Below, in pieces: positions 9,107 to 18,994 of a DNA stretch of 64,000 nt. How positions within the stretch are numbered: position 1 is the stretch's first letter; every line of letters begins with the position of its first letter. The stretch covers positions 64,001-128,000 of the forward strand of contig BTVY01000006.1 in assembly GCA_045863335.1 (NCBI GenBank), given 5' to 3'. The DNA comes from Candidatus Hydrogenedentota bacterium. Lineage in GTDB: Bacteria > Hydrogenedentota > Hydrogenedentia > Hydrogenedentales > SLHB01. The translations under genes were made by a program, and so were the position numbers. The notes under the pieces are model-generated. The model saw nothing but the letters and a program-made list of their open reading frames with translations. It had not been told where the DNA came from and made no database searches.

Positions 9107-11773
9107 GTGAGGGGATTCTTGTTTACGGCCGGATATTGTTTGCTCGTCTTTGTTTCGACAGCCGCTGCACAACCGCCCCCCCTTCCCGTAGGCCCCGATG
9201 GCCGGCTCTTCGCGGGTCCGGATGTGGATACATTGCTGGCCCGCCCCTACGTTCAGCACGTTCCCATGACGCCGTCCGGTGCCTGCCTCTGGGCGCAGCA
9301 TCCGGGCGGCTGGGGTTTTCCCGCCGGCTCCATCCACTATTACCTGATTACGAACGATGGCATTGGATTCGACGTCTCCCTTAAAGCAGGCCCCCAACTC
9401 GTCATCCCGGCGGCAGGCGTCAGCTACCCCACCCGCGTCGAGCAGGCCGGCAGCGGCAGAAACGTGTCCGTAACCGGCACGAAATGGATCACCGGCGACG
9501 ACCTCATGGCCTGCCGGCTCCTTATCTCGAACGCGGGCGCCGAACCGGAAGAACTCGCCGTAACCATTTCCATCCCGTCTCCCAACGCGAAGCTCGATGG
9601 CAACCGGATTCAGTGGGTAACGGAAGCCCACGGTCTCGTGATCCATTCTGTGGGACATCTACCCGGCTTCACCGCGGTGCCGGGTCCGGCAGTCGCGAAG
9701 AACGTCCTGTCCCTCGAAGGTGAAGCGCCCGCGCAACAAGTTGGCAGCACCGGCGAGGACCGGAAAGCCGGCGCCAGCGGTGGACGCGTGCTCGGCAGCA
9801 ACTTCGGGGGCAACGCCGGCCACTTCGCGATCTACGGTTTTGATATCGCCGAAGACCTGAAGGACATGAGCCTCACGATTCGCTACGCGCGGGGCAAGCC
9901 CAACATCGCGGACTTCCTGCTCGAACGGCCCGATCAACGGCGTCATCCGCGTTTGGCCCTGCAGCCTACGGGAGGATGGGGGGAGAACCCCTCCGACTTC
10001 GCGTTGACAACGTATCCGCTCGGCGATATCGCGGCGGGACCCTTGCAGGTAAAGCTTCTCGCCATCTCCGCTGGAAGCAACGTGAATATAGACGCCCTCT
10101 ACATTCATCCCCGCGACACGGTGATCGAAGGCGTCCATCGCACGCCCATGCAGTTGGAACGGACGCTTACAGTAGCGGCTGGCGAGGAAACATCCCTTGA
10201 TCTCTTTGTCGCGTCGAGCACCCGTTCGACCAACGCGGAAGCGGCGCTGCAACGCGCGGTCGACGCGCCGGACGCGCTCGCGGCGCACCGGGAACAATAC
10301 GAGTACTGGCTCACGGCAAACGTCCCCGCCTTCACGGGACGGGAAGAGATCCAGAAACAGTACTGGCACCGCGCCACCAGCATCGTCAAGAAAAACCTGT
10401 TCCGTGTGGGCGAAGGCCGGCTCTCGGACTGGGCCATGGCGGAAGGCCGATGGACCTCGACCTGGTTTCCCAACGTGATTTCTTACGGGGCGGGACATCA
10501 GGTCCGGGAGTTGCGCTGGCTCCGCGATCCACAGTACGTGCGCGGCTTCATCAATACATGGTGCAACAACCTCAAGCCCGACGGCATTTTCCCCAACTAC
10601 ATCCGGCCCACGGAAATCGGTACGGGCCAGTACACGGACTGGATCGCATCCACCGTGTGGGACGCCCATTGCGTACAGCCCGACACGGACGCGCTGACCC
10701 GCTGGGCGGACGCCTTGAAGCAGAATGTCGATGGCTGGCTTGCCGTTTACGACGCGGACAACGACGGCCTGCTCACCGTCGACAGCCACTGGTGGACCGG
10801 CATGGAGTGGCAGCCTTCCTTTTTCTATTTCAAAGGATTCGACGCGGAAAAGCAGGACCAGCATCTCGAACGCGTCGATCTCACGGCGTACGTCTACGGC
10901 AATGCCCGCAACCTCGCGCACGCGCTCGCTGCGCTGGGAGATGAGGCTGGGGCAGCGCATTACCACAGCATCGCCGATACCATCCGGGACGCGACCGCAT
11001 CGGTGCTGTGGGACTCGGCAAACCAGTTCTTCTATTCCGTCGAACCCAACACACACGAGAAAGCCATGGTCAAAGAAGTGATCGGCGTGTATCCCTTCTA
11101 CTTCTCCATGTTCGACGGCGCAGACGCCGCACCGTATCTCAGCGCCTGGCGATCCATCCTCGATCCCGAACAATTCTGGACGCCTTGGCCGGTTGCGTCT
11201 GCCTCAAAGCAATGCCCTGCCTATTCGCAGGACGAAATATTCTACGGACGGCGCATCGGCGGTTGCATGTGGAATGGCCCGACTTGGCCCCACGCCAACA
11301 GCATTGTCCTTTCCGCCATGGCTGCCACGTTGCGCGAGCACCCCAAAAGCCCGTTGCGTACCGCGGACCTGTTCGGCCTGTTTCGTTCGTACACCGAGGC
11401 CCAATATTACAAGCAAGACCAGCAGTTCCCCTGGACCGGCGAATACTACAATGGGCTCAACGCCGAGTGGCGCACGGAGCAACGCGACTACAATCACTCC
11501 ACTTACATCGATCTGCTGATCGCGGACATTGCCGGACTCCGTCCACGCACGGACAACATCCTCGAACTCCACCCCCTCATCAACCCGTCCATGGGACCGT
11601 TCATCATCGACGGTATCCGCTACCACGATCGCGACATCACCATCGCCTGGGCGCCTGTCACCAGCACGGAGCAAACGCCCGACGGCCTCAAAGGCTTCCG
11701 CGTGTACGTGAACGGCGCCCTCGTCCACCATGATCCTCTTTGCGCCTTCCGGGTAGAAGTTCCCCTGCTGTAG
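9107..11773 (+). CDS. Secreted (alpha/alpha)6-barrel glycoside hydrolase (GH63/MGH1-like) with an inserted CBM35/CBM6-like module
   Basis: Signal peptide; CBM-like LTIRYA...PTGGW...VNIDAL; DADNDGLL, WTGMEWQP, WNGPTWP, GEYYN, DYNHSTY. Confidence 0.75.
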   Translation: MRGFLFTAGYCLLVFVSTAAAQPPPLPVGPDGRLFAGPDVDTLLARPYVQHVPMTPSGACLWAQHPGGWGFPAGSIHYYLITNDGIGFDVSLKAGPQLVIPAAGVSYPTRVEQAGSGRNVSVTGTKWITGDDLMACRLLISNAGAEPEELAVTISIPSPNAKLDGNRIQWVTEAHGLVIHSVGHLPGFTAVPGPAVAKNVLSLEGEAPAQQVGSTGEDRKAGASGGRVLGSNFGGNAGHFAIYGFDIAEDLKDMSLTIRYARGKPNIADFLLERPDQRRHPRLALQPTGGWGENPSDFALTTYPLGDIAAGPLQVKLLAISAGSNVNIDALYIHPRDTVIEGVHRTPMQLERTLTVAAGEETSLDLFVASSTRSTNAEAALQRAVDAPDALAAHREQYEYWLTANVPAFTGREEIQKQYWHRATSIVKKNLFRVGEGRLSDWAMAEGRWTSTWFPNVISYGAGHQVRELRWLRDPQYVRGFINTWCNNLKPDGIFPNYIRPTEIGTGQYTDWIASTVWDAHCVQPDTDALTRWADALKQNVDGWLAVYDADNDGLLTVDSHWWTGMEWQPSFFYFKGFDAEKQDQHLERVDLTAYVYGNARNLAHALAALGDEAGAAHYHSIADTIRDATASVLWDSANQFFYSVEPNTHEKAMVKEVIGVYPFYFSMFDGADAAPYLSAWRSILDPEQFWTPWPVASASKQCPAYSQDEIFYGRRIGGCMWNGPTWPHANSIVLSAMAATLREHPKSPLRTADLFGLFRSYTEAQYYKQDQQFPWTGEYYNGLNAEWRTEQRDYNHSTYIDLLIADIAGLRPRTDNILELHPLINPSMGPFIIDGIRYHDRDITIAWAPVTSTEQTPDGLKGFRVYVNGALVHHDPLCAFRVEVPLL

Positions 11774-11853
11774 AGGCGTTCCATCTACGCACTTTTACTC
11801 TCAACTCTTTTCCGGTAGGGTGGAGGAGGCAATCACGACTGCAAGGAGACGAC

Positions 11854-12639
11854 ATGATTCGATCTCACATTGGGCGATTGGGAATCTGCATTGCCGCTCT
11901 TGCAATCAGCGTCGCACACGCGCAGGAGCGCACCATCAACCTCGACCCGCCGGGCGAGTTTGACTTCATCCTCGATCGGGCTGGACTCATCTCCGAACAG
12001 GACAAGGAAACGGTCCGGAATACTTGCGCCACCTTGCTCCAGGAACAGGCCATCCCCATCGTCGTGGTCACGATCGAGTCCATGGCCCAGTACGGACCGC
12101 CCGGCATTCGCATCGAAACCTTCGCCACCCTGCTCTTCGATCAGTGGGGCATCGGTTACAAGGAAGTCGGAGGCCAGTCGTGGAACCGCGGCATTCTACT
12201 GCTCGTGTCCGCGCAGGACCGCAAAGCGCGCATCGAACTCGGCGCGGACTGGGGCCGCGAGTTCGACCCGGTCTGCCAGAAAATCATGGATGAACAGATC
12301 ATCTTCCATTTCAAGCAGGGGAACTACTCACAGGGCATCGTTGCGGGCGTGGAAAGTCTCGACCACATGGCCCGGGGCATCGCCCTGCCGACGCGTCCGC
12401 GCCCCTGGTGGCATTACGCCGTGGTCGCGGGCGCCATCGGGCTCGCCATCTTTACCGTCGTCTCCTTGATCCGGCGTGGCGCGAGCGGCTGGGCGTGGAT
12501 CTTCTGGGGCGCGGTCTTCGCGCTGTTGGGATTCATCCTTTACCAGGCCCTCGCCGGTAGCCGGAGTTCGGGCGGTTTCTCCGGTGGTTCCTTTGGAGGA
12601 GGATTCTCGGGTGGCGGCGGCGCCACCGGATCGTGGTAG
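11854..12639 (+). CDS. TPM domain-containing membrane protein (YgcG-like)
   Basis: AGGAG RBS; ILDRAGLIS, LFDQWGIG, RGILLLVS, RIELG; Gly-rich tail ending GGGGATGSW. Confidence 0.9.
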   Translation: MIRSHIGRLGICIAALAISVAHAQERTINLDPPGEFDFILDRAGLISEQDKETVRNTCATLLQEQAIPIVVVTIESMAQYGPPGIRIETFATLLFDQWGIGYKEVGGQSWNRGILLLVSAQDRKARIELGADWGREFDPVCQKIMDEQIIFHFKQGNYSQGIVAGVESLDHMARGIALPTRPRPWWHYAVVAGAIGLAIFTVVSLIRRGASGWAWIFWGAVFALLGFILYQALAGSRSSGGFSGGSFGGGFSGGGGATGSW

Positions 12640-12664
12640 CAAACTGAACGGGGAGCAACGGCCC

Positions 12665-13345
12665 ATGCCGAACGCGACAACGTACTTTACGGATGAACAA
12701 CGAAAGGCCGTCGAAAAAGCAGTAGCCGCAGCGGAATCCAAAACCTCCGCCGAAATCGTCCCCGTCGTGGCGGCCGCGTCGGGCCGCTACGACCGCCCCG
12801 AAGACATCGTGGGACTGTTTCTGGGAATCGTGCTCATGGCGATGGCGTGGGCCGTACTACCGGGTTACGCTCCCGACCGCACAGGCTCTTGGGAAGGATT
12901 CGCGTTACCCTTTCATCTCCCGGCCCTAATCTTCGCGATGATCTTGGGTTTTGTGCTCGGCTCATTCGCCGCGTCCCGCGTCGAATGGTTGCGTATGCTT
13001 TTCACGCCGGCCGCCCAAATGCGTGACGAAGTCAACGCCCGTGCGCGCCAGGTCTTCTTCGACGATCGCGTGCATCACACGGCCGGGGCAACGGGGCTGC
13101 TCTTCTTCGTCTCTCTCTACGAACGCACCGCCGTCATTCTCGCGGACGCGGCCGTTACGGAGAAACTGGGGCAGCACGCCGTTGACGCGTTGTGCCGCGA
13201 ATTGGTGGAGGACATCAAGAAAGTCGACGTCGCATCGGCCCTCGCCCGCAGTATTGAGAAAGCCGGTGAACAGCTCGAACTTGTCCTTCCCAGGGAAACG
13301 GGCGACGTGAACGAACTCGCCGATACCCTCGTGCTGCTGGACTGA
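12665..13345 (+). CDS. TPM domain-containing membrane protein (partner of the upstream gene)
   Basis: AAAESKTSAEIVPVV, TGLLFFVSLYER, DVNELAD. Confidence 0.85.
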   Translation: MPNATTYFTDEQRKAVEKAVAAAESKTSAEIVPVVAAASGRYDRPEDIVGLFLGIVLMAMAWAVLPGYAPDRTGSWEGFALPFHLPALIFAMILGFVLGSFAASRVEWLRMLFTPAAQMRDEVNARARQVFFDDRVHHTAGATGLLFFVSLYERTAVILADAAVTEKLGQHAVDALCRELVEDIKKVDVASALARSIEKAGEQLELVLPRETGDVNELADTLVLLD

Positions 13346-13399
13346 TATCCCGGATCGGGCCCGACGCCTTCGTAGTCTCCGATTGCGCATCTCCTCAGT

Positions 13400-16300
13400 C
13401 TACTCGATAGACAGCCACTGCACGGCGTCGCCCACGACGTATCCGTCCGTATCGTTCACGCCGACTTCGACCACGCCATCTCCGGAACCGCTGAACGCGA
13501 AAACGCCAAGGGATATAAACGGCGACAGGTCACCCTGGTTCTTGCGTTCATTGACGGCTATTGTCACCGGCCCATCCGCCGTGTATATGGTAACCGGCAC
13601 GTTGGTCGCCCGGTTGGGATTCGGCGAGTAAGAGAACCGCACTTCGTACTTCCCCGGCTTCGGCAGCTTCGGTACATAGCGCAACTTCGCATCCGGCTGA
13701 TCGACCTCGACCACCTCGTGGATGTAGTCGTACCCGACATAGGGACCCGCCGACGTGCTCCGCCGCCACTGCCCAATGATTTCGACATCGGGATTGTCGA
13801 TCACAATGCCATCCAATTCTGAGACCTTTACGTACGGCGCTTCGACATCCTCGGGGCCCAGGATCTGCTCTTGCTCCATCAGTTTGGCCTGCAACTCGTC
13901 GATAGGCACATCCTGCACGGGCACGCCGTCGCGAATCGCCAACGCCGCCGCCACGCCGCTGGCATGGCCCATGATCATGTACTGCGGCTCCATGCGGATC
14001 GACGAGTACGCCACGTGCGAGGCGGAGCAGCACACCGGCACGAGCAGGTTCGTCGCCTGGTCGCGCTTGGGCACGAGCGCGCGATACGAGATCTCGTAGG
14101 GTTGCACGGGCACCTGCATGTCGCCTTCGTTGATGGCCGAAGGTTCGTCGCCGTCAAAATCGCCCGGCCCGGCAACGATGCGTTGCACGTGATGCGAGTC
14201 GGAGTTGTAAGACCCCATGCCGATGGAGTCGCCCTTCTCCCGGTCGGTCTGAAGATCGTTCTGGTGCATCACGTATTCGCCCACCATACGCCGCGCTTCG
14301 CGGATGTACATCTGGTGCGGCCAGTGATCCGTATCCTGGAACTCGTCCGCGGAGGGACCCCACTGATTCACTTCCTGTTGCAGCGCCTCGGGCACGCTGG
14401 GATCGTTTGCGAGGAAGTACAGGAACCCCTGGATGTAGCGGAGCGTCTCGTCCCAGATCTCCGCCCGCCGCTCGTAGGTCCCTTCCGGATAGTCCCAACT
14501 CCCGCCGATGTAATCCGTGGAGAATGCGCCGTTATTGTTCACATCCGTCTTGGCTTCCGGCATCGGACTCGGATTCATCACTTTCCCCATGGGCAGTTCC
14601 GGGTTTGCCGCGAGGTACCGCTTCAGCAATTCGTACTTGGCCGGGTCGTACCCCTCCGGTTTCGGATAGGGCAATCGATTGCTTTCGCGATCCGTCAGAC
14701 ACAACCGGAAGTTGTAAGCCTGGACTTTGCGGTCGCCCTGACCTGGCGCGCCCGCCGGACCGCGATAGATGTACGGCAGCAAGTCGCCGTTCTCGTCGTA
14801 CGGATTGACCGGCCCCGGGAACTGGTGCTTCGGACTCCGCTCGATGCGGCCCGCGAGGGATTCGCCGTACACCTCCTGACTCTCGCGGCCCCAGGTGAAC
14901 AACACGCCCGCGCGATGCATCAGGTCGCCTTCGTAGGAACAGTCGGCAAACACTTTGGCCCGGTACACGGTACCGTCGTTCATCACCATGGCGCTTACGT
15001 CGGTGCCGCGCTTGTCCACGGAATCGATGCGCTTCCCGAACACGACCTCAACGCCTGCCTCTCCGAGCCACTCCCGGAACTCGGCCTCGGCAATGTGCGG
15101 TTCGAAGAACCAGGAGATGTCTTCGCCATAGTGCTCGCCGAGCCGTTCAAAGAAGTGCCGTGACATGCCGCCGATGACGGCTTGATTACCAAAGTCCGTC
15201 CGGCCCAGTCCTCCGGACACCATCCCCCCGATATGTGTGCCGGGCTCAACGAGCATAACACTCAAGCCTTCGTTCGCGGCGGCAATAGCCGTGATGGCGC
15301 CGCCCGCGGTGCCGCCGTATACGACCACGTCGTAGGCCTCACCCTCCGGCTCCGAACCGCTCACGCCTGCGCGCCAATTGCCGACGGCTTCCGATGTCCG
15401 CAGGTAGCGGTCGTAGATGCGCAAGGATTCGATTGCCACACCCGAGAGTTCGCCGAACCGAATCGACGTCGAGCCGTTGCAGTCCACCAACGCGGGATCG
15501 ACGCGATACCAGCCCTGCGGCTTCGCCTCGCCGCCATCGCACAACGTGCCATCCACCACAAAAGTTACGATGCGCGGACCCCCGTCGGCGGTGATTGCGA
15601 CATGATGCAAGCCGGAATCACTCAATACGCCGGGATCGCTCGTGTAGGTTTGGGTCGTCGTGCCATCCGATGCCGTGAACTGAACGCTACCGTCCGCCGC
15701 GAGTGCGACGGCAATACCCGCACCCGTGTCATTCGTCGTGGAGAAAAGCGTCTGATCTGTGGGTGCATTTTCGACATTCAACCAAAGCCCAACCGTGAAT
15801 CCTCCGCCCGGTTCCAGTTTCGGCAACTGAGCCATGGCAATCTCGCTGCCTGGTTTCGCATCCTCCCCCGTGGCGTGCAACACAAGACCGTCTTCCGCAA
15901 TCGTCTTGTTGCGGTGCTGGTTCCACATGCCTTCGAGCAGAGCCCGATCAAGCTTGTGCACGCGCGCCACGCTTTTCTGCGTCTCCGTCGCAAAGAACTC
16001 GCCGTCCAGTTCGATGAAGTCCGGGTAGCTCATCCGCACCGAGGGCGTGTCGTCGTACAACACGATCTCCGGTTGGGACCAGTGGATGTACCCGTCCTTC
16101 TCCACCCCGCCGCACATCCACACCGGATTCCGCCCTTCATAGGATTGCCCGCCGTGGTTGTGGAACCAGTAAAGGTACTTGCCGTTGCTGAACCGCCGCA
16201 CAAAATTCGCGGCCCGCGGATGTTTCATTTGCCTGCCGCCCGGCGTGTAGGTCATGTACTCCGGCCCGGTCCACGTCCACCCGCCGTCCCGGCTGTAGGC

Positions 16301-17113
16301 ATGGCACGGGTGTCCGTCGATGGTGCGGTACGTGCAATAGAGCGAGCCATCGCTCAAGGGTGTGAGGTTGTGCTCCTCCGCAATGGGCCCCTGCGGCGCG
16401 CGCAGCCCCACATCGCCTTCCGGCAGCGTTTCCCACCGGATCCTCTCGGGGTCCCATTCCGTGAGGATGTTGTCGCTCCGCAGGAAGATCCCTTCGGATC
16501 GTTCGATAAACCCCTCACCGAAGTTCCCCACCTTGGACACGCCGATGTACGCAGCGCCGTCGTGAATGATGGGTTTGCCCACGCCCCAGAAGAACTGTAC
16601 GTCGCCGCCATACACGTTCTCGCGATCGATATCGAAAGTGCGGATCGGAATGCGGTAGCGTTGCTCCGACCAGGAGTACCCGCCGTCATCGGAATATTTG
16701 AAGACATAGTGGCCCAGGGTATCGACGCGTTTTCTCTTGCTCCCATCGGACAGTATTACTTCGCGCTGGTTCTCCGCGTTGTAATCGTAAAACGCATAAA
16801 TCCGCCCGCCCACCTTCAACGGCATCACCCACGACGCCTCTGGCGGCCCCTCCGGCTCGATGTCGATTAGCGGTCCCCAGGTCTTGCCCTTGTCCGCGCT
16901 GATCGTCGCAACGACATGTTGCTTCTCGTTGCCTTCCTCCCCCGGCCCGGTCGTCAACGTGCAAACCCATTCGCCGAGATCGTTCATCACGGTATAGGGC
17001 TGGTCGCAGTAACCCTGACTGGGGATTTCGTTTCCGTGAATGATATTGCGTGCGTCCATCGCCGCACCGTTCGCGGCCAACAGAATCGCAATGAGAAAGG
17101 CTGAAGACGTCAT
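13400..17113 (-). CDS. Secreted multidomain protein: BNR/sialidase-like propeller + LamG + FAD-dependent oxidoreductase + C-terminal beta-sandwich (xanthan lyase/golvesin-like)
   Basis: GAGGAG RBS before the ATG at 17113. Asp-boxes SADKGKTW, SDDGGYSW, SRDGGWTW; LamG-like FTVGLW...HHVAIT...LRIYDRYL; FAD motifs YDVVVYGGTAGG, DCSYEGDL, YIREARRM, SIRMEP. Confidence 0.85.
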   Translation of the reverse strand: MTSSAFLIAILLAANGAAMDARNIIHGNEIPSQGYCDQPYTVMNDLGEWVCTLTTGPGEEGNEKQHVVATISADKGKTWGPLIDIEPEGPPEASWVMPLKVGGRIYAFYDYNAENQREVILSDGSKRKRVDTLGHYVFKYSDDGGYSWSEQRYRIPIRTFDIDRENVYGGDVQFFWGVGKPIIHDGAAYIGVSKVGNFGEGFIERSEGIFLRSDNILTEWDPERIRWETLPEGDVGLRAPQGPIAEEHNLTPLSDGSLYCTYRTIDGHPCHAYSRDGGWTWTGPEYMTYTPGGRQMKHPRAANFVRRFSNGKYLYWFHNHGGQSYEGRNPVWMCGGVEKDGYIHWSQPEIVLYDDTPSVRMSYPDFIELDGEFFATETQKSVARVHKLDRALLEGMWNQHRNKTIAEDGLVLHATGEDAKPGSEIAMAQLPKLEPGGGFTVGLWLNVENAPTDQTLFSTTNDTGAGIAVALAADGSVQFTASDGTTTQTYTSDPGVLSDSGLHHVAITADGGPRIVTFVVDGTLCDGGEAKPQGWYRVDPALVDCNGSTSIRFGELSGVAIESLRIYDRYLRTSEAVGNWRAGVSGSEPEGEAYDVVVYGGTAGGAITAIAAANEGLSVMLVEPGTHIGGMVSGGLGRTDFGNQAVIGGMSRHFFERLGEHYGEDISWFFEPHIAEAEFREWLGEAGVEVVFGKRIDSVDKRGTDVSAMVMNDGTVYRAKVFADCSYEGDLMHRAGVLFTWGRESQEVYGESLAGRIERSPKHQFPGPVNPYDENGDLLPYIYRGPAGAPGQGDRKVQAYNFRLCLTDRESNRLPYPKPEGYDPAKYELLKRYLAANPELPMGKVMNPSPMPEAKTDVNNNGAFSTDYIGGSWDYPEGTYERRAEIWDETLRYIQGFLYFLANDPSVPEALQQEVNQWGPSADEFQDTDHWPHQMYIREARRMVGEYVMHQNDLQTDREKGDSIGMGSYNSDSHHVQRIVAGPGDFDGDEPSAINEGDMQVPVQPYEISYRALVPKRDQATNLLVPVCCSASHVAYSSIRMEPQYMIMGHASGVAAALAIRDGVPVQDVPIDELQAKLMEQEQILGPEDVEAPYVKVSELDGIVIDNPDVEIIGQWRRSTSAGPYVGYDYIHEVVEVDQPDAKLRYVPKLPKPGKYEVRFSYSPNPNRATNVPVTIYTADGPVTIAVNERKNQGDLSPFISLGVFAFSGSGDGVVEVGVNDTDGYVVGDAVQWLSIE

Positions 17114-17289
17114 GATGCCGTTGCTCCTCAATTTTTTCATGCCCGTATCTGAAGGATACCAATCCCACACCCGAGCGCGCGACCTCTGTAGAAATGCATG
17201 GCGTCGGAGGAATCAGTAGTCTGCGCGGTGACAGGGGAAGCGGGACTTCGAAACCCGTGCTATGATGAGCGGCAACTGGAGGACGACCC

Positions 17290-18660
17290 ATGCGCACGAT
17301 GAACCGGAGGTCCTTTCTTCAAATGGCCACCAGCAGCGCAGCGTTGGCCGCGGCGGGTTGCTTTGGTGGGTCGACCCCTGCACCGCGCGCTGCGAAACGG
17401 CCCAACATCATTCTTGCCATGACGGACGATCAGGGTTGGGGCGACACCGGCTACAACGGCCATCCCGTGGTCGAGACGCCGGCGCTGGACGCCATGGCGG
17501 AAACGGGCCTGCGCTTCGAGCGCTTCTACAGCGGCGCGCCGGTATGTTCTCCCACGCGGGGAAGCTGTCTTACCGGACGGCATCCCTACCGCTACGGCAT
17601 CTTCGGGGCGAACAGCGGCGACGGCGAAGACCCATCGCGCTATCCCTTGCCGCCGCAGGAAATCACGCTCGCGGAGATTCTCGCCGCGGAAGGATACGCC
17701 ACGGGTCATTTCGGGAAATGGCATCTCGGCGATTTCAGCGGTCCCATGCGGTCGTCGCCCGCAGACAACGGATTCCAGGAGTCCTTCTCGACCGTGCGCA
17801 AAGTCGCAACGCTTGATCCCGCGGGCTATTTCCTCAACGGCGAACCCTATACGGACCCGCTGGAAGGCGACGACTCCGCCATCATCATGGATCGCGCGCT
17901 TCCCTTCATTCGCAACGCCGCTGCGAATGACCAGCCGTTCTTCACGGTCATCTGGTTTCATTCGCCCCACAATCCCGTCATCGCCGCGCCGGAATACCGT
18001 TCACGTTATGCGGCCCACCCGGAAGCGCAACAGCATTTCTGGGGCACCATCACCGCTGCGGATGCGCAACTCGGGCGTTTGCGGGACGCGTTACGATCCC
18101 TCAACGTCGAGAATGACACCATGCTCTGGTTTTGCAGCGACAACGGGCCCGCCGCGAATGCCCCCTTCGCCGCCGGCACGACCAAGGGCCTGCGCGGCCA
18201 CAAGGGCAATCTCTACGAAGGCGGTGTGCGCGTTCCGGGACTGCTTGAATGGCCGTCGCGCGTGGCGCAACCGCGCACGATCGGAATGCCCTGCTCGACG
18301 TCGGATTACCTTCCGACAATACTCGACGCGCTGAATATCGCGCATCCCAACGCGCGTCCGCTGGACGGCGTCAGTCTGCTCGACACGATTGATGGCGCGA
18401 ATCGCGATCGCGCTCATCCCATCGGCTTTGAGCATGGCGACACCGCGACCTGGGTCGACGATCGCTACAAACTCGTCGCGCGGATTGAGACCGACCAGCC
18501 GTCGTCGCTGGAGCTGTACGATCTCTTAATCGACCCGAACGAAACGGCGAATCTCGCAACGTCGGAAGCGGGACTGGTCGCCGGCAACCTCGAACAGCTA
18601 CAGGCGTGGCGGGCCTCTTGCGCGCGCAGCCGATCCGGCAGCGATTACCCGGTAACATAG
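17290..18660 (+). CDS. Tat-exported sulfatase
   Basis: MNRRSFLQ; RPNII..MTDDQG; CSPTR formylglycine motif; GKWHLG; YEGGVRVP. Confidence 0.95.
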   Translation: MRTMNRRSFLQMATSSAALAAAGCFGGSTPAPRAAKRPNIILAMTDDQGWGDTGYNGHPVVETPALDAMAETGLRFERFYSGAPVCSPTRGSCLTGRHPYRYGIFGANSGDGEDPSRYPLPPQEITLAEILAAEGYATGHFGKWHLGDFSGPMRSSPADNGFQESFSTVRKVATLDPAGYFLNGEPYTDPLEGDDSAIIMDRALPFIRNAAANDQPFFTVIWFHSPHNPVIAAPEYRSRYAAHPEAQQHFWGTITAADAQLGRLRDALRSLNVENDTMLWFCSDNGPAANAPFAAGTTKGLRGHKGNLYEGGVRVPGLLEWPSRVAQPRTIGMPCSTSDYLPTILDALNIAHPNARPLDGVSLLDTIDGANRDRAHPIGFEHGDTATWVDDRYKLVARIETDQPSSLELYDLLIDPNETANLATSEAGLVAGNLEQLQAWRASCARSRSGSDYPVT

Positions 18661-18994
18661 GCCCGGATCGGGCGGAATATTGCAAGATCGTGGCGTTGTT
18701 GCCCTTGTGGAGTCGCCCGAATTAGAGTTTTTCGAGTTTTGTTTGTGGACGCGCAACACGGAAAAGGAGTACAATTAAAAAGAGCGTGCGCGTTGACGCG
18801 TGTGTCGCATATTGCATCAAGCCGGGCGCTTGGTGCCTAGTTTTTGATTCGACAGCGATTTCTGGACGATGATTGCGACCGTGCGGCGGCATGCCCCGCC
18901 GGTCCGAGCGCGTGTGATCTGCCAATTTGATGACGAGGAGTACCCGCGCGTCGCGTCCAGGCGATGTAACTGCGGCAACGGAAAGGAACCAGGA

